Positions 29,488-42,162 of a DNA stretch of 51,296 nt are shown here, piece by piece. Each line of letters begins with the position of its first letter. The first letter of the stretch is position 1. The stretch comes from Rhodanobacteraceae bacterium (GTDB taxonomy: Bacteria; Pseudomonadota; Gammaproteobacteria; Xanthomonadales; Rhodanobacteraceae), in the NCBI GenBank assembly GCA_035534135.1, contig DATLSL010000037.1, positions 1 to 51,296 on the forward strand, given 5' to 3'. Position numbers and translations under genes: made by a program. The notes beneath the pieces are model-generated. The model was not told where the DNA came from and did no database searches. It was given only the letters and a program-made list of their open reading frames with translations.

Positions 29488-30941
29488 TGGAGACGCTGCT
29501 GCCCGGCCTGATCAAGGCCAGCTATTTCCTCGCCGCGCTGCTGTTCATTATTGGCCTCAAGCGCATGAGTTCGCCGCGCACCGCGCGCACCGGCATCCTC
29601 TGGGCCGGGGTCGGCATGCTGGTGGCGGTGGCGGCGACGTTCGCGCTGCCCGGCCTGCACAACCGCGAACTGATGCTGACGGCGGTCGTGCTGGGGACGG
29701 CTGCGGCGTGGTGGTCGGGGCGGCGCGTGGCGATGACCGCGATACCGCAGATGGTGGCGCTGTACAACGGCATGGGCGGCGGCGCGGCAGCGGCGATCGG
29801 TCTGGCCGAGCTGATCGCGGCAGCGGCCTGGATCAATGTCCATCCCGGCCAGTGCGCCTTCGCGGCGGCACCATCGGCGGCCTGCCTGGCACCGTCGGCG
29901 ACAGTGCTCGCCTACGTCGGCCTGTTCATCGGCGCGGTCTCTTTCGCCGGTTCACTGATCGCGTTCGCCAAGCTGCAGGGCTGGATGGACAAGCGCTTCG
30001 TGTTCTCCGGTCAGCGCGCGCTCAACGGCGTGATCCTGCTGGCGGCGCTGGTGCTGGGCGCCTGGACGCTGACGGCCGACTTCGGAGTCGGCCTGCAGGT
30101 ATCGCTGCTGGCGATCGTCGTATTTGCCGCGCTGGCGCTGGCGCTGGGCCTGTTGATGACGCTGCCGATCGGCGGCGCCGACATGCCGGTGGTGATCTCG
30201 CTGTACAACGCGCTCACCGGCCTGGCCGTGGCCTTCGAGGGTTACGTGCTGCAGAACGAGGCGATGATTATCGCCGGCATGGTGGTCGGGGCGGCCGGCA
30301 CCCTGCTGACGCAGCTGATGGCGCGGGCGATGAACCGCTCGCTCGGCAACGTTCTGTTCGGCAGCTTCGGCGCCGCGGGCGGCGCGGCGCAGACGATCGC
30401 CGGCGCGCAGAAACCCATCGAGGCCGCGGATGCCGCGGTGATGATGGCCTATGCCGAGCGTGTGGCGATCGTGCCCGGCTACGGCATGGCCGTGGCGCAG
30501 GCGCAGCACAAGGTGTGGGAGTTCGCGCAGGCGCTGATCGCGCGCGGCGTCAAGGTGCGTTTTGCGATCCATCCGGTGGCCGGACGCATGCCCGGGCACA
30601 TGAACGTGCTGCTGGCCGAGGCCGGCGTGCCCTACGATCTGATCGCCGACATGGACGACATCAACCCCGAGTTTCCGACCACCGACGTGGTGCTGGTGAT
30701 CGGTGCCAACGACGTGGTCAATCCGGTGGCCAAGACCGATCCGTCGTCGCCGATCTACGGCATGCCGATTCTCGACGTCGCCAGCGCGAAGAACGTGATC
30801 GTGGTCAAGCGCGGCAAGGGCACCGGTTTCGCCGGCATCGAGAACGCGCTGTTCTACGCCGATAACGCGCGCATGCTCTACGGCGATGGCCAGGCGGCCG
30901 CGGCCAGCCTGATTGCCGAGCTCAAGGCAGTGGACGGCTGA
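29487..30941 (+). CDS. pntB: NAD(P) transhydrogenase beta subunit
   Basis: PQMVALYNG, IGGADMPVVISL, VPGYGMAVAQAQH, HPVAGRMPGHMN, GANDVVNP; TGATG overlap. Confidence 0.97.
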   Translation: METLLPGLIKASYFLAALLFIIGLKRMSSPRTARTGILWAGVGMLVAVAATFALPGLHNRELMLTAVVLGTAAAWWSGRRVAMTAIPQMVALYNGMGGGAAAAIGLAELIAAAAWINVHPGQCAFAAAPSAACLAPSATVLAYVGLFIGAVSFAGSLIAFAKLQGWMDKRFVFSGQRALNGVILLAALVLGAWTLTADFGVGLQVSLLAIVVFAALALALGLLMTLPIGGADMPVVISLYNALTGLAVAFEGYVLQNEAMIIAGMVVGAAGTLLTQLMARAMNRSLGNVLFGSFGAAGGAAQTIAGAQKPIEAADAAVMMAYAERVAIVPGYGMAVAQAQHKVWEFAQALIARGVKVRFAIHPVAGRMPGHMNVLLAEAGVPYDLIADMDDINPEFPTTDVVLVIGANDVVNPVAKTDPSSPIYGMPILDVASAKNVIVVKRGKGTGFAGIENALFYADNARMLYGDGQAAAASLIAELKAVDG

Positions 30942-30978
30942 GTTCTGGTGAGTCCATCGACGGCGCGACGGTCGCGCT

Positions 30979-31461
30979 TCAGGTCCTGACCGCGGCCGTA
31001 CGCGGATGTCGCGGCCACGCCAGCAGCGCGGCCAGGGCAGCGGCAGCCAGCGCCCAGTGCAGGCGCTCGCCGTGCAGGCCGAGGCGGGCCAGCAGCCACA
31101 GCATGCCGAAGCCGCTGGCACGCAGCGATTCCAGCAAGCCGATGCCGAACATTGCCGCGATCCGCGCGGCCGCCAGCAGCACCTGTTCGTAGACGGCGGC
31201 CAGCAGGGTCGCCAGCGCCGCCAGCATGGGCGCTGCGCCGCGTACTGCCGGCAGGCTGATGCGGGCGCTCAGCGCGGTCAGCGCGCCCACCGCCAGCGCC
31301 AGCCAGGCGGGTACCGCGGTGCCGAAGCGCAGCACCAGCAGCGCCCACACCGCGCCCAGTGCCAGCCCGGCCATCAGCACCGCCAGTGCGCCCACGGCCA
31401 AGGCAAACCACGGCATGCGGCCGCGCTCAACAGACATGATCGGCGCGTGGGCGATGGGCAT
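30979..31461 (-). CDS. Hypothetical membrane protein
   Basis: About 4 hydrophobic segments; start uncertain (31461 or 31416). Confidence 0.65.
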   Translation of the reverse strand: MPIAHAPIMSVERGRMPWFALAVGALAVLMAGLALGAVWALLVLRFGTAVPAWLALAVGALTALSARISLPAVRGAAPMLAALATLLAAVYEQVLLAAARIAAMFGIGLLESLRASGFGMLWLLARLGLHGERLHWALAAAALAALLAWPRHPRTAAVRT

Positions 31462-31509
31462 GACGGATGGCCATTCTGGAGGCCGCGATGATAACGCTGC
31501 GGCGCCGCA

Positions 31510-34497
31510 TCAGCGCGCGCGCTCGACCCAGGCCAGCGCCCCAGTGGCCACCAGCGCGTCGATGTGGGCCGCGAGCACCGGCTGCAGCAGCTTCGCGTCG
31601 GCTGCAGGACCGGCGATCAGGCCGGCGCAACCATTGCGGCCGCTGCGCTTGACCCGGTACATGGCGATGTCGGCCAGCTCCAGCGCGCGCTCGAAATCCG
31701 CAGCGTCCGAGTCGCCCAGCAACGGGTACAGGGAATAGCCGATCGAACAGGTCAGACGGATCGCCTGATCGCCGGCCGCGAACATGTGCCCGCCGATGAT
31801 CTGGTGCAGCCGTTCGGCCACCTCGCAGGCCTGCACGTCATTGACTCCGCGCAGTAGCAGCAGAAACTCCTCGCCGCCCCAGCGCAGGGCCAGGTCGCCG
31901 GGGCGCTTGATGCGACCGAGCAGTTCGCCCAGTTCACTCAGCACCCGATCGCCGACGGCATGGCCGTGGCGGTCGTTGACTTCCTTGAAGTGATCGAGAT
32001 CGAGCAGCAACACAGCCACGCCGTCGGCGCCGCCGAGCAGGCTCGGCAGGCGCGTCAGCAGCTCGCGGCGATTACCCAGTCCGGTCAGGGCGTCGGTGGT
32101 GCTGTCGGCGCGCAGGGCCAGGTTGGTTTCACGCAGACGTTCGTTGGCGCGGCGCAGCTCCTCGGTACGCTCGGCGATCACCTGCTCCAGGCGCAGGCGG
32201 ATCGAGTGCTGCCGGCGCAGGCGCAGGCGCAGCAGCAGCCACAGTGCGATGGCCAGGATCACGGCGATCAGCGCGCGTACCGCGCCGCGCTCGTACCAGT
32301 GTGGCGTCACCGTCAGCGGCAGTGTGGTCAGTGGCCCCCAGGTACCGTCGCCGTAACGGGCCTGCACTTCGAAATCATAGTGGCCCGGTGGCAGGTGGGT
32401 GTAGTACGCCGCGCGGCGCGTGGTGACATCGCTCCAGGCGCTGTCATAGCCGTCCAGACGGTAGCGGAAGCTCAACCCGACGGGATCGCGCAGGTAGGGC
32501 ACGGTGTAGCGGATCGCGAGGTCGCGCTGGGTGTCGTCGAGCACGAAGGTGCCGTCGGGCAGGCTGTCCTTACCGCGGTGGACGATGGCGTCAATCAGCG
32601 GTGCCGTGACCGGCTGCGGTTTGCGGATCGCGGCGGTGTCCAGACGCACCGCGCCGGCGGTGGTCGGGTACCAGATCGAGGACCCGACCACCAGGCTGCG
32701 GCCGCCGCCAGCGCCGTTGCAGCAGCGCATGCTGTTGACGTCGAGACCCTCACTCTCTTCGCCGATCACGTGCAGGACGTTGAAGCGCACGTCGGCGGGA
32801 TCCACTCCTGCGGGCGGGAACTCGCTCAGCGGCAGCCGCCAGACGCCGTCGATGCTGGGCACATAGACCTGAGTGCCGATGACATCGAAGCCCCAGGCGT
32901 TGTTGCTGGGCAGGCCGTTGGCGACGGTGTAGTGCTGCAGCCGGCCGCCGCGCAGCAGGGCGAGGCCGGCGTCGGCGCTGGTGATCAGCCATTCGCCGCG
33001 GCGCAGCGGTTTGATCGCGGTGACGAAAGTGCCGCGCAGCGAGGCGCTCCACGACGGGCGCGACCAGTGGCCGTCCGCGAGTTCGAATACACCATTGCCG
33101 GTGCCGACCCACAGCCGGCCATCGGCCAGCGGCACGATCGCGCGGATGCTCGCGGCGGCGTTGCCCGGTGCCGCGCCGAACAGTTTCAGCGCGCCGTCGC
33201 GATAGCGATACAGGCCACCCTGGGTGCCGATCCAGTAGGTGCCGGTGGGCGCCTCGCGGATCACGTTGACCTGCCAGGCATCCAGTGGAGCCAGCGCCGG
33301 TGGCGTCGCGACCTTGCCCGCGGCATAGATCGCCACGCCGCCGCGGGTGCCGATCCACAGCCGCCCGGCCTGGTCATAAAAGAGCGTGTAGGCACTGGGG
33401 TTGGGCAGCGCGCTGGCCGGCACCAGGGTGGTCACGTTGGCGCCGTGCACGGTCAGCACGCCGGTGTCCGCGCCCAGCACGACCCGGCCGTCCGGTGCGC
33501 GCGCCAGCGCCCAAATCAGCGGAAAGCGGCCGTCGGCACGCCGGCCGAAGCGCTCCGCGGCGGTGTTGTCGATGCGGAACAGGCCATGCGTGCGGGTGCC
33601 CAGCCAGAAGTCGCCCTCGCGATCCTCGAAAAGACTGTCGATCCACGGCGGGCTGCCGAGCAGGCCGCTGCCGATGCGGTCGAGGCCGCCGTCCGGGCGC
33701 AGCCGGTACAGCGCCTGCAGGGTGCCGATCCAGAGGTTGCCGGCGCGATCGTCGGTCATTGTCTCGACCGCACTGGCATCGAGTTCGGGATCCAGTTCCG
33801 CAAGCTGCAGGCGGCCGTCCGCGATCTTGAACAGGCCGCGGGTGGTGCCGACCCAGAGACTGCCCTGATGCTCGGCCAGCGCAGTGACGCGGTTGCCTGC
33901 GGTGCCGGGCAGCGACGTGCATGTCACCGCGGCACCGCGCGCGCGACAGAGGCGATCCAGGCCACCGGCCCAGAAGCCGTTCGCGCGCGGCAGCAGGCTG
34001 AAGAACGGTCCGGTCAGGCCGGGCAAAGCACGAAAGCCGCGTGCGCCCCAGCTGCCGACGCCGGTCGCGGTCGCCAGCAGCGGACCGCCGTCGGTGCCGG
34101 TGCTGATGGCGTTGACCGAGGGGCCGCCCAGCGCGAGCAGGTGGCCGTCGTGCTCGCGCACCAGCCCGGTGACGGTACCGAACCAGACGTCGCCGTCTGG
34201 CGCGCCCCACGCCGCCTGCGCCATCGAGATGTCGCGGCCGTCGCTCATCTGCAGCAACGTCGTCATGCGCTCGCCGTCGAAGCGAGCGACGCCGCTTTGC
34301 GTGCCGATCCAGAGAAAGCCGGCGCGATCCTGGGTCAGGCTGATCACGCTGATCTGCGGCAACCCGCGCTGCATGCCCCAGGCGTTGATCTGGTAGTCGC
34401 CGAACGGTGTGGCCGGATCGAGCGCATGCGCGCGGCTGGCGCCGAGCGCCAGCGCGAGCAGGCTCATCAACATCAGACCTCGCCGTTGCATCGCCAC
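31510..34497 (-). CDS. Membrane diguanylate cyclase with periplasmic two-component-regulator beta-propeller and Y_Y_Y domains
   Basis: Signal peptide, repeated D..G.LWIGT blades, FRYRLDGYD..YTHLPPGHY.FEV, TM, then DALTGLGNRR, DLDHFKEVND, RWGGEEF. Confidence 0.93.
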   Translation of the reverse strand: MAMQRRGLMLMSLLALALGASRAHALDPATPFGDYQINAWGMQRGLPQISVISLTQDRAGFLWIGTQSGVARFDGERMTTLLQMSDGRDISMAQAAWGAPDGDVWFGTVTGLVREHDGHLLALGGPSVNAISTGTDGGPLLATATGVGSWGARGFRALPGLTGPFFSLLPRANGFWAGGLDRLCRARGAAVTCTSLPGTAGNRVTALAEHQGSLWVGTTRGLFKIADGRLQLAELDPELDASAVETMTDDRAGNLWIGTLQALYRLRPDGGLDRIGSGLLGSPPWIDSLFEDREGDFWLGTRTHGLFRIDNTAAERFGRRADGRFPLIWALARAPDGRVVLGADTGVLTVHGANVTTLVPASALPNPSAYTLFYDQAGRLWIGTRGGVAIYAAGKVATPPALAPLDAWQVNVIREAPTGTYWIGTQGGLYRYRDGALKLFGAAPGNAAASIRAIVPLADGRLWVGTGNGVFELADGHWSRPSWSASLRGTFVTAIKPLRRGEWLITSADAGLALLRGGRLQHYTVANGLPSNNAWGFDVIGTQVYVPSIDGVWRLPLSEFPPAGVDPADVRFNVLHVIGEESEGLDVNSMRCCNGAGGGRSLVVGSSIWYPTTAGAVRLDTAAIRKPQPVTAPLIDAIVHRGKDSLPDGTFVLDDTQRDLAIRYTVPYLRDPVGLSFRYRLDGYDSAWSDVTTRRAAYYTHLPPGHYDFEVQARYGDGTWGPLTTLPLTVTPHWYERGAVRALIAVILAIALWLLLRLRLRRQHSIRLRLEQVIAERTEELRRANERLRETNLALRADSTTDALTGLGNRRELLTRLPSLLGGADGVAVLLLDLDHFKEVNDRHGHAVGDRVLSELGELLGRIKRPGDLALRWGGEEFLLLLRGVNDVQACEVAERLHQIIGGHMFAAGDQAIRLTCSIGYSLYPLLGDSDAADFERALELADIAMYRVKRSGRNGCAGLIAGPAADAKLLQPVLAAHIDALVATGALAWVERAR

Positions 34498-34576
34498 CTT
34501 GTCTCCCGTGTGCCGGGCCCCATATCGAGAGCGTCAGCATGTGCTGCAGGCATAATAGACGTCTCTAGCAAGCCGC

Positions 34577-35140
34577 ATGCCCATGGCCGGATTCAGTCCC
34601 AGCAGCGAACCGTTCATCCTCGACCGCGATTGCGACGCCGTGTTGGTGCCGCAGGGTGAGCGGGTGATTCTGCCTGCCGGCCAGTCCGGATATATCACCC
34701 AGGCGCTGGGCGGCAGCTTCACCGTGTACGTTGATGGCAACCTGTTCCGGGTCGCCGGCAGCGATGCCGGCGCGCTGGGCAAGCTGCCGCCGGCGTCGAT
34801 CGCGTTGCCTGATCACGCCTCCGACGGCGACGTCGAAAAGCGCGTCTGGGATCAGCTGCGCACCTGCTATGACCCTGAAATCCCGATCAATGTGGTCGAG
34901 CTGGGTCTGGTCTATGACGTCAATCTGGAACGCCGCGACGACGGCGCGCGCAAGGTCTGCGTGAAGATGACGCTGACCGCGCCCGGTTGTGGCATGGGCG
35001 ACATCCTGGTTGACGACGTGCGCAGCAAGCTGGAGTTGATTCCCACCGTCGCCGAGGCCGACGTCGACCTGGTGTTCGAGCCGCCGTGGAACCAGTCGAT
35101 GATGTCGGACGCGGCCAAGCTGGAAACCGGCATGCTGTGA
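34577..35140 (+). CDS. sufT: Fe-S cluster assembly protein SufT (DUF59)
   Basis: ITQALGGSFTV, CYDPEIPINVVELGLVY, MTLTAPGCGMG, PPW. Confidence 0.93.
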   Translation: MPMAGFSPSSEPFILDRDCDAVLVPQGERVILPAGQSGYITQALGGSFTVYVDGNLFRVAGSDAGALGKLPPASIALPDHASDGDVEKRVWDQLRTCYDPEIPINVVELGLVYDVNLERRDDGARKVCVKMTLTAPGCGMGDILVDDVRSKLELIPTVAEADVDLVFEPPWNQSMMSDAAKLETGML

Positions 35141-35211
35141 TCTTGCCCCGGCGCAAAGCGAACGGAGTCACATTCCCGCGGGGTCGCAGTTGACGAAAGT
35201 TTGCAATGAGC

Positions 35212-35296
35212 GCAGCGTCAAGGCTGCTGACCGGGGGGTCGGCGTGACACGCTGCAACGTCGGGGCCCGGCCGTCGCCAGACGGCCGGGTTTTTTT
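35212..35296 (+). ncRNA. Candidate small RNA or 3'-UTR-derived RNA
   Basis: Hairpin GCTGACC-GGGG-GGTCGGC with extended GCAGCGT/ACGCTGC base, followed by a strong intrinsic terminator; TTGACG at 35190. Confidence 0.5.
35266..35296 (+). terminator. Rho-independent terminator
   Basis: CCCGGCCGTC-GCCA-GACGGCCGGG followed by T7. Confidence 0.92.
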
Positions 35297-35321
35297 CGAT
35301 CTGCGTCGCGCCGCGGCGGTT

Positions 35322-35810
35322 TCAAACGCTGGCTTCAAAGCGGTTGGCGGCGCGGTTCTTGCGCACCTTCGCCGGGTCCCAGACGCGGCCGTTCATCGCG
35401 ATCCAGACGCCGGCCGGCAGCGCCTGCACCGCGCCGACCGCGCAGCCGATGTTGAACACCGCGTCCGAGCCGGTGAAACGCGCCGGATTCAGCGCGCCGG
35501 TCAGCACGATCACCTTGTCGCCCAATCCGGTCAGCGCCTGCGCGGTCTCGACCATGGTGTCGGTGCCGTGCGTCACCAGCACGTGCCGCTGCGGCTGCCG
35601 CGCGATCGCGTCGCGCACCAGGCGGCGGTCATCGTCGGTCAGATGCAGGCTGTCCTTGCGCAGGACCGGGACCACCTCGAAACGGAAGGCGACGCCGATC
35701 TGCGCCAGGATCTCGCCGATCTGCGGTGCGCCGATCTGGTAGTCGGACTTGTCGTCGAAGTAGACCTTGTCGATGGTGCCGCCGGTGGTGACGATGCAGA
35801 GCTGATCCAT
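35322..35810 (-). CDS. Asparaginase N-terminal-domain protein
   Basis: TTGGTIDK, KDS, VTHGTDTM and VLTGA motifs; single domain of 162 aa. Confidence 0.9.
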   Translation of the reverse strand: MDQLCIVTTGGTIDKVYFDDKSDYQIGAPQIGEILAQIGVAFRFEVVPVLRKDSLHLTDDDRRLVRDAIARQPQRHVLVTHGTDTMVETAQALTGLGDKVIVLTGALNPARFTGSDAVFNIGCAVGAVQALPAGVWIAMNGRVWDPAKVRKNRAANRFEASV

Positions 35811-35851
35811 GGGGTGTCCGTCAGGGCGAGTCGAAAGGGTGGACACAGGCA

Positions 35852-37516
35852 TCAGCCGGCGTCGCTGGAAAACAGGCTGGCGAGCACGGCGTCGGTATCG
35901 GCGTGCGGGTCCGGCAGGCGGTCGAGGCCGCGAGCGAGGAAGCGCGTCAGCGCGGCGGCCGGCGCCGCATCGCCGCGTCCGCTCGACCAGGTTGCGTGTT
36001 CGGCCAGCAGTGCCGCGGCGCAGGTGCGCGCGAGCGTGAAGCCGAGGCCGCGCGCGCCGGCCTCGAGGCGATCGCGATCGCCGGCGTTCGTGGCCAACCA
36101 GCGCTCGGCCGCGTCGAAAGCGCCGCGCACCTCCTGCGCTGCCACCGGATCGGCTGCTGCCAGCGCCGGCGCCAGCGCAGTACGCAGCGGCACCAGGCCG
36201 TGCTGGCCCAGTGCCCGCAGCATGTCCAGCGCCAGCACGTTGGTGGTGCCCTCCCAGATCGGAAACACCTGCACGTCGCGCAGCAGCTGCGGCAGGCCGG
36301 TGTCCTCGATGTAGCCGGCCCCGCCGAAAGCCTCGAGGCATTCCGACACCAGCGTCACAGACAGCTTGCTGACCCAGAGCTTGGCCAGCGGGACCAGCAG
36401 GCGCAACGCGGCCGCCTCGTCGACCGTGGCGACGCCGGCCTCGACGCGACCCAGCAGCAGCGCGGCGTGGAAGGCGAGATGGAACGCCGCCTCGAAGGCG
36501 CAAACGGCGTCGGCCAGGGTTTCGCGATGTAGCGGCTGCGCCGCCAGCACGCGGTCGAAAGCCTGCCGGCGCGTCGCGTAGTCGCCGGCCAGTGCCAGTG
36601 CGCGGCGCGCGGTCGCCAGCGCGCCCAGCGTACTCCACAGGCGGGTGACGTTGAGCATCGGCGCGATCTTGCGCACGCCGTGCGCGGGCTCGCCCAGTGG
36701 CCACGCCGGCGCGCCGTCGAGTTCGATCTCGGCGGTAGGCAGCTCGCGTGTGCCCAGCTTGTCTTTGAGGCGCTGCACGCGCAGGCCGTTCCAGTTCCCT
36801 GCGGCGTCGCGCGTCTCGACATGGAACAGGCCCAGCGCGCTGCCGCCGTCGCGCGCGCCTTCGGGCCGCGCCAGCGCCAGCGCGGCCTCGCCGACCACCG
36901 CCGAGCTGAACCACTTGCGCCCGTACAACCGCCACTGGCCGCCGGCGTCGCAGCGGGCGATCGTCTCGCTGTGAGCCACGTCGGAGCCGCCGTGGGTCTC
37001 GGTCATCCACTGGCCGCACAGCCACAGCGTTGCCGGATCGCGGCTGAGGTAACGCGGCCGCACGCGCTCGATCAGCGCTCGCTCGCCGCTGGCTTCGAGC
37101 GCAGCGATGGCGCCGTCAGTCATCGCCAGCGGGCAGGTGTAGAACTCGCTGGCGCAGTGATACAGGTATACGCGCGCGTACTGATCGGCGCGCGCCGCGC
37201 CGTCGGCGCTGTCCTCGTGTCCGGCCCACAGCAGGCCGTGGCGCGTGGTGATACCCGCGCCGCGCTCCCAGGCCGGGGTCAACGCGATGCGATCGACGCG
37301 CGCGCCCCAGGCGTCCCACTGCGTCAGCACCGGTTCGCGCCGCGGCGTGCGCTGGCGTTCGGCCCAGGCGTCGAGCGCGTGGGCAGCCAGCGCGAGCAGA
37401 TGCGGTTCCAGCACGGCGCGGCGCGCGGACGACAATCGCCAATCCAGCCAGCCGCGCAGCACGCGGTCGCGACCCCAGGGATCGGGTAACTGCGGCGGAT
37501 CCTGCTGAAAGCTCAT
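35852..37516 (-). CDS. Acyl-CoA dehydrogenase family protein (AidB-like)
   Basis: CPLAMTDG, GQWMTETHGGSDV, RLKDKLG, R.AF, GGAGYIED, IWEGTTNV. Confidence 0.9.
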   Translation of the reverse strand: MSFQQDPPQLPDPWGRDRVLRGWLDWRLSSARRAVLEPHLLALAAHALDAWAERQRTPRREPVLTQWDAWGARVDRIALTPAWERGAGITTRHGLLWAGHEDSADGAARADQYARVYLYHCASEFYTCPLAMTDGAIAALEASGERALIERVRPRYLSRDPATLWLCGQWMTETHGGSDVAHSETIARCDAGGQWRLYGRKWFSSAVVGEAALALARPEGARDGGSALGLFHVETRDAAGNWNGLRVQRLKDKLGTRELPTAEIELDGAPAWPLGEPAHGVRKIAPMLNVTRLWSTLGALATARRALALAGDYATRRQAFDRVLAAQPLHRETLADAVCAFEAAFHLAFHAALLLGRVEAGVATVDEAAALRLLVPLAKLWVSKLSVTLVSECLEAFGGAGYIEDTGLPQLLRDVQVFPIWEGTTNVLALDMLRALGQHGLVPLRTALAPALAAADPVAAQEVRGAFDAAERWLATNAGDRDRLEAGARGLGFTLARTCAAALLAEHATWSSGRGDAAPAAALTRFLARGLDRLPDPHADTDAVLASLFSSDAG

Positions 37517-37544
37517 GGTCACCGGCGCGTGATCGGGGCCGCGA

Positions 37545-40305
<2,761 letters not shown>

Positions 40306-40572
40306 GTGGCGGCGGCGCGCTTCCTGATCCGCGGCCAGGTGCAGGGCGTGGGTTTTCGCGCCCACACCCGTCACGAGGCGCAGCGGTTGGGCCTCACCGG
40401 TTACGCGAAGAACCTGTCCGATGGCCGCGTCGAGGTGCTGGCCGTCGGCGAGTCAGCAGCGCTGGACGCGCTCGAACGCTGGCTGGCGCATGGGCCGCCC
40501 GCGGCGGGCGTCGAGGATGTGCGCCGCACTGAGGTTGAGATGGGCGAGCATGAGGGTTTCGAGATTCGCTGA
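40306..40572 (+). CDS. acyP: Acylphosphatase
   Basis: GQVQGVGFR and GYAKNLSDGRVE. Confidence 0.93.
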   Translation: MAAARFLIRGQVQGVGFRAHTRHEAQRLGLTGYAKNLSDGRVEVLAVGESAALDALERWLAHGPPAAGVEDVRRTEVEMGEHEGFEIR

Positions 40573-40610
40573 GGCGCCGGTTTACGCCCATGAAGACGGA
40601 CCGGCAAGAC

Positions 40611-41378
40611 TCAGTACCGCTCCTCGATCCAGTACGACCCATCCGCCAGTCGTTCGTGCTTGGGCTTGCCAGCGAGCGGCGGCAGCCTGATACACGGCTG
40701 CAGCGGGCGCGTGTGTGGCAGCTGGTCGATCAGGTGCGCGATCAGGTTCAGGCGTCCGCGCTTCTGGTCGTCGTAGTCGACCGCGAACCATGGCGCGTGT
40801 CTGGAGTGGGTCTTCTGCAGCATCGTGTTGCGCAGGCGGCCGAACTCGGCGTACTGGTGCCGCGAGGCGATGTCCACCGGCGACAGCTTCCAGCGCTTGA
40901 GCGGATCGTCGGCGCGTTCGCGGAAACGCCGCTCCTGCTCTTTCTGATCGACGGCCAGCCAGTACTTGAACAGCAGGATGCCGTCGTCGGTCAACAGCTT
41001 TTCGAAGCGTGGACAGGCGTGCAGAAATTGCCGGTGCTGGGCCTTGCTGCAGAAGCCCAGCGCCGGCTCGACCACGGCACGGTTGTACCAGCTGCGGTCG
41101 AACAGGACGATCTCGCCGGCAGCCGGCAGATGCGCGACGTAGCGCTGGAAATACCACTGCCCGGCCTCGTGCTCGCTGGGCTTGGGCAGGGCGACGATGC
41201 GGTAGCCGCGGGTGTTGAGGTGCTCGGTGATGGCCTTGATGGTGCCGCCCTTGCCGGCGGCGTCGCGACCCTCGAACAGCACCAGCAGACGCTGGCCCGT
41301 CTCCATCACCCAGCGCTGCACGCGCAGCAGCTCGGCCTGCAGTTTTTCCAGATGTTCGGCGTAGTGCAGCTCGCTCAT
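40611..41378 (-). CDS. ppk2: Polyphosphate kinase 2
   Basis: FEGRDAAGKGG, WYFQRY, FDRSWYNR, WKLSPVD. Confidence 0.95.
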   Translation of the reverse strand: MSELHYAEHLEKLQAELLRVQRWVMETGQRLLVLFEGRDAAGKGGTIKAITEHLNTRGYRIVALPKPSEHEAGQWYFQRYVAHLPAAGEIVLFDRSWYNRAVVEPALGFCSKAQHRQFLHACPRFEKLLTDDGILLFKYWLAVDQKEQERRFRERADDPLKRWKLSPVDIASRHQYAEFGRLRNTMLQKTHSRHAPWFAVDYDDQKRGRLNLIAHLIDQLPHTRPLQPCIRLPPLAGKPKHERLADGSYWIEERY

Positions 41379-41654
41379 GGATGTGCGCGTCCGATGAAGC
41401 ATGTCGGGGTGCTAGCCGCAGGTGCGTTGACGGCGCTCGACGCGCGCGAATCTGGGCCGCGAATCGGCTCGCTTGCGATGCGGGTGGAGGATGTGAGTTG
41501 CAGCGGAATCGAGATGGGGGAAGGCGAGAACTCGGGGATGCGCCGAGGCCAAGGCTTGCGGAGGCTCATGCGCCAGAATACCTGTGCACTGCGACTGCTG
41601 AAAGCAGCCGCGCCGCATGGCGGCGCCGGCTGTTGTGCTGTTTCATGCCGATGG

Positions 41655-42044
41655 CTACCGTGCCGCGGCCCTGGTTTCACGAGGCGCAAGCCATGCCAGT
41701 ATGGCGGCAACCGCAAACAAAGCCGGAACGTCGCCCCAGAGATGGCCCATGTGGTCGCCGCCGAATGACTGCACGGCCATGATCCCGCCATGCACGACGC
41801 TGGACCAGACCGTGAACCCGATGAGGCTCCGGTTTGCGAGCGGGTCGCGCGCGGCGAGGATGAGGAAGACCCCGAGCGTTGCGTAAATGCCGAGGATCAT
41901 TTCGAGATAGTCCGAACGCCCCTCGGCATGCCACGACCATCCGGCAGGCCAAATCATCGTCAGTGGCCATATGCCGAATGTGAAGGTCAGCCCCACAACC
42001 ACCAGGGCGATGCGCAGATACTTGATGCGATCAGATTCACTCAT
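41655..42044 (-). CDS. Small membrane protein (DUF6632-like)
   Basis: WPAGWSW, MILGIYATLGVFL..AARDP...SLI.FTVWSS.VH; GAAGGGG RBS. Confidence 0.75.
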   Translation of the reverse strand: MSESDRIKYLRIALVVVGLTFTFGIWPLTMIWPAGWSWHAEGRSDYLEMILGIYATLGVFLILAARDPLANRSLIGFTVWSSVVHGGIMAVQSFGGDHMGHLWGDVPALFAVAAILAWLAPRETRAAAR

Positions 42045-42162
42045 TGGTTTTCCCCTTCGATCATCAGAGGTCGCGCACTTCAGGGACTTCCTCTCGTGTG
42101 CGCTGGAAGACGAGAGTTTTGAGGCGGCGGAGTAACGAGTGCGGGCTTGGTCAGAGGCCCGC

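Noticed and set aside
35322-35810. Short asparaginase as a pseudogene
   Set aside because: Clean start, stop and catalytic Thr motifs; single-domain versions are a known form.
41379-41654. Intergenic gap between ppk2 and the DUF6632-like gene as a hidden gene or RNA
   Set aside because: No convincing RBS/ORF, repeat or conserved structure recognised; cannot be supported without comparison.
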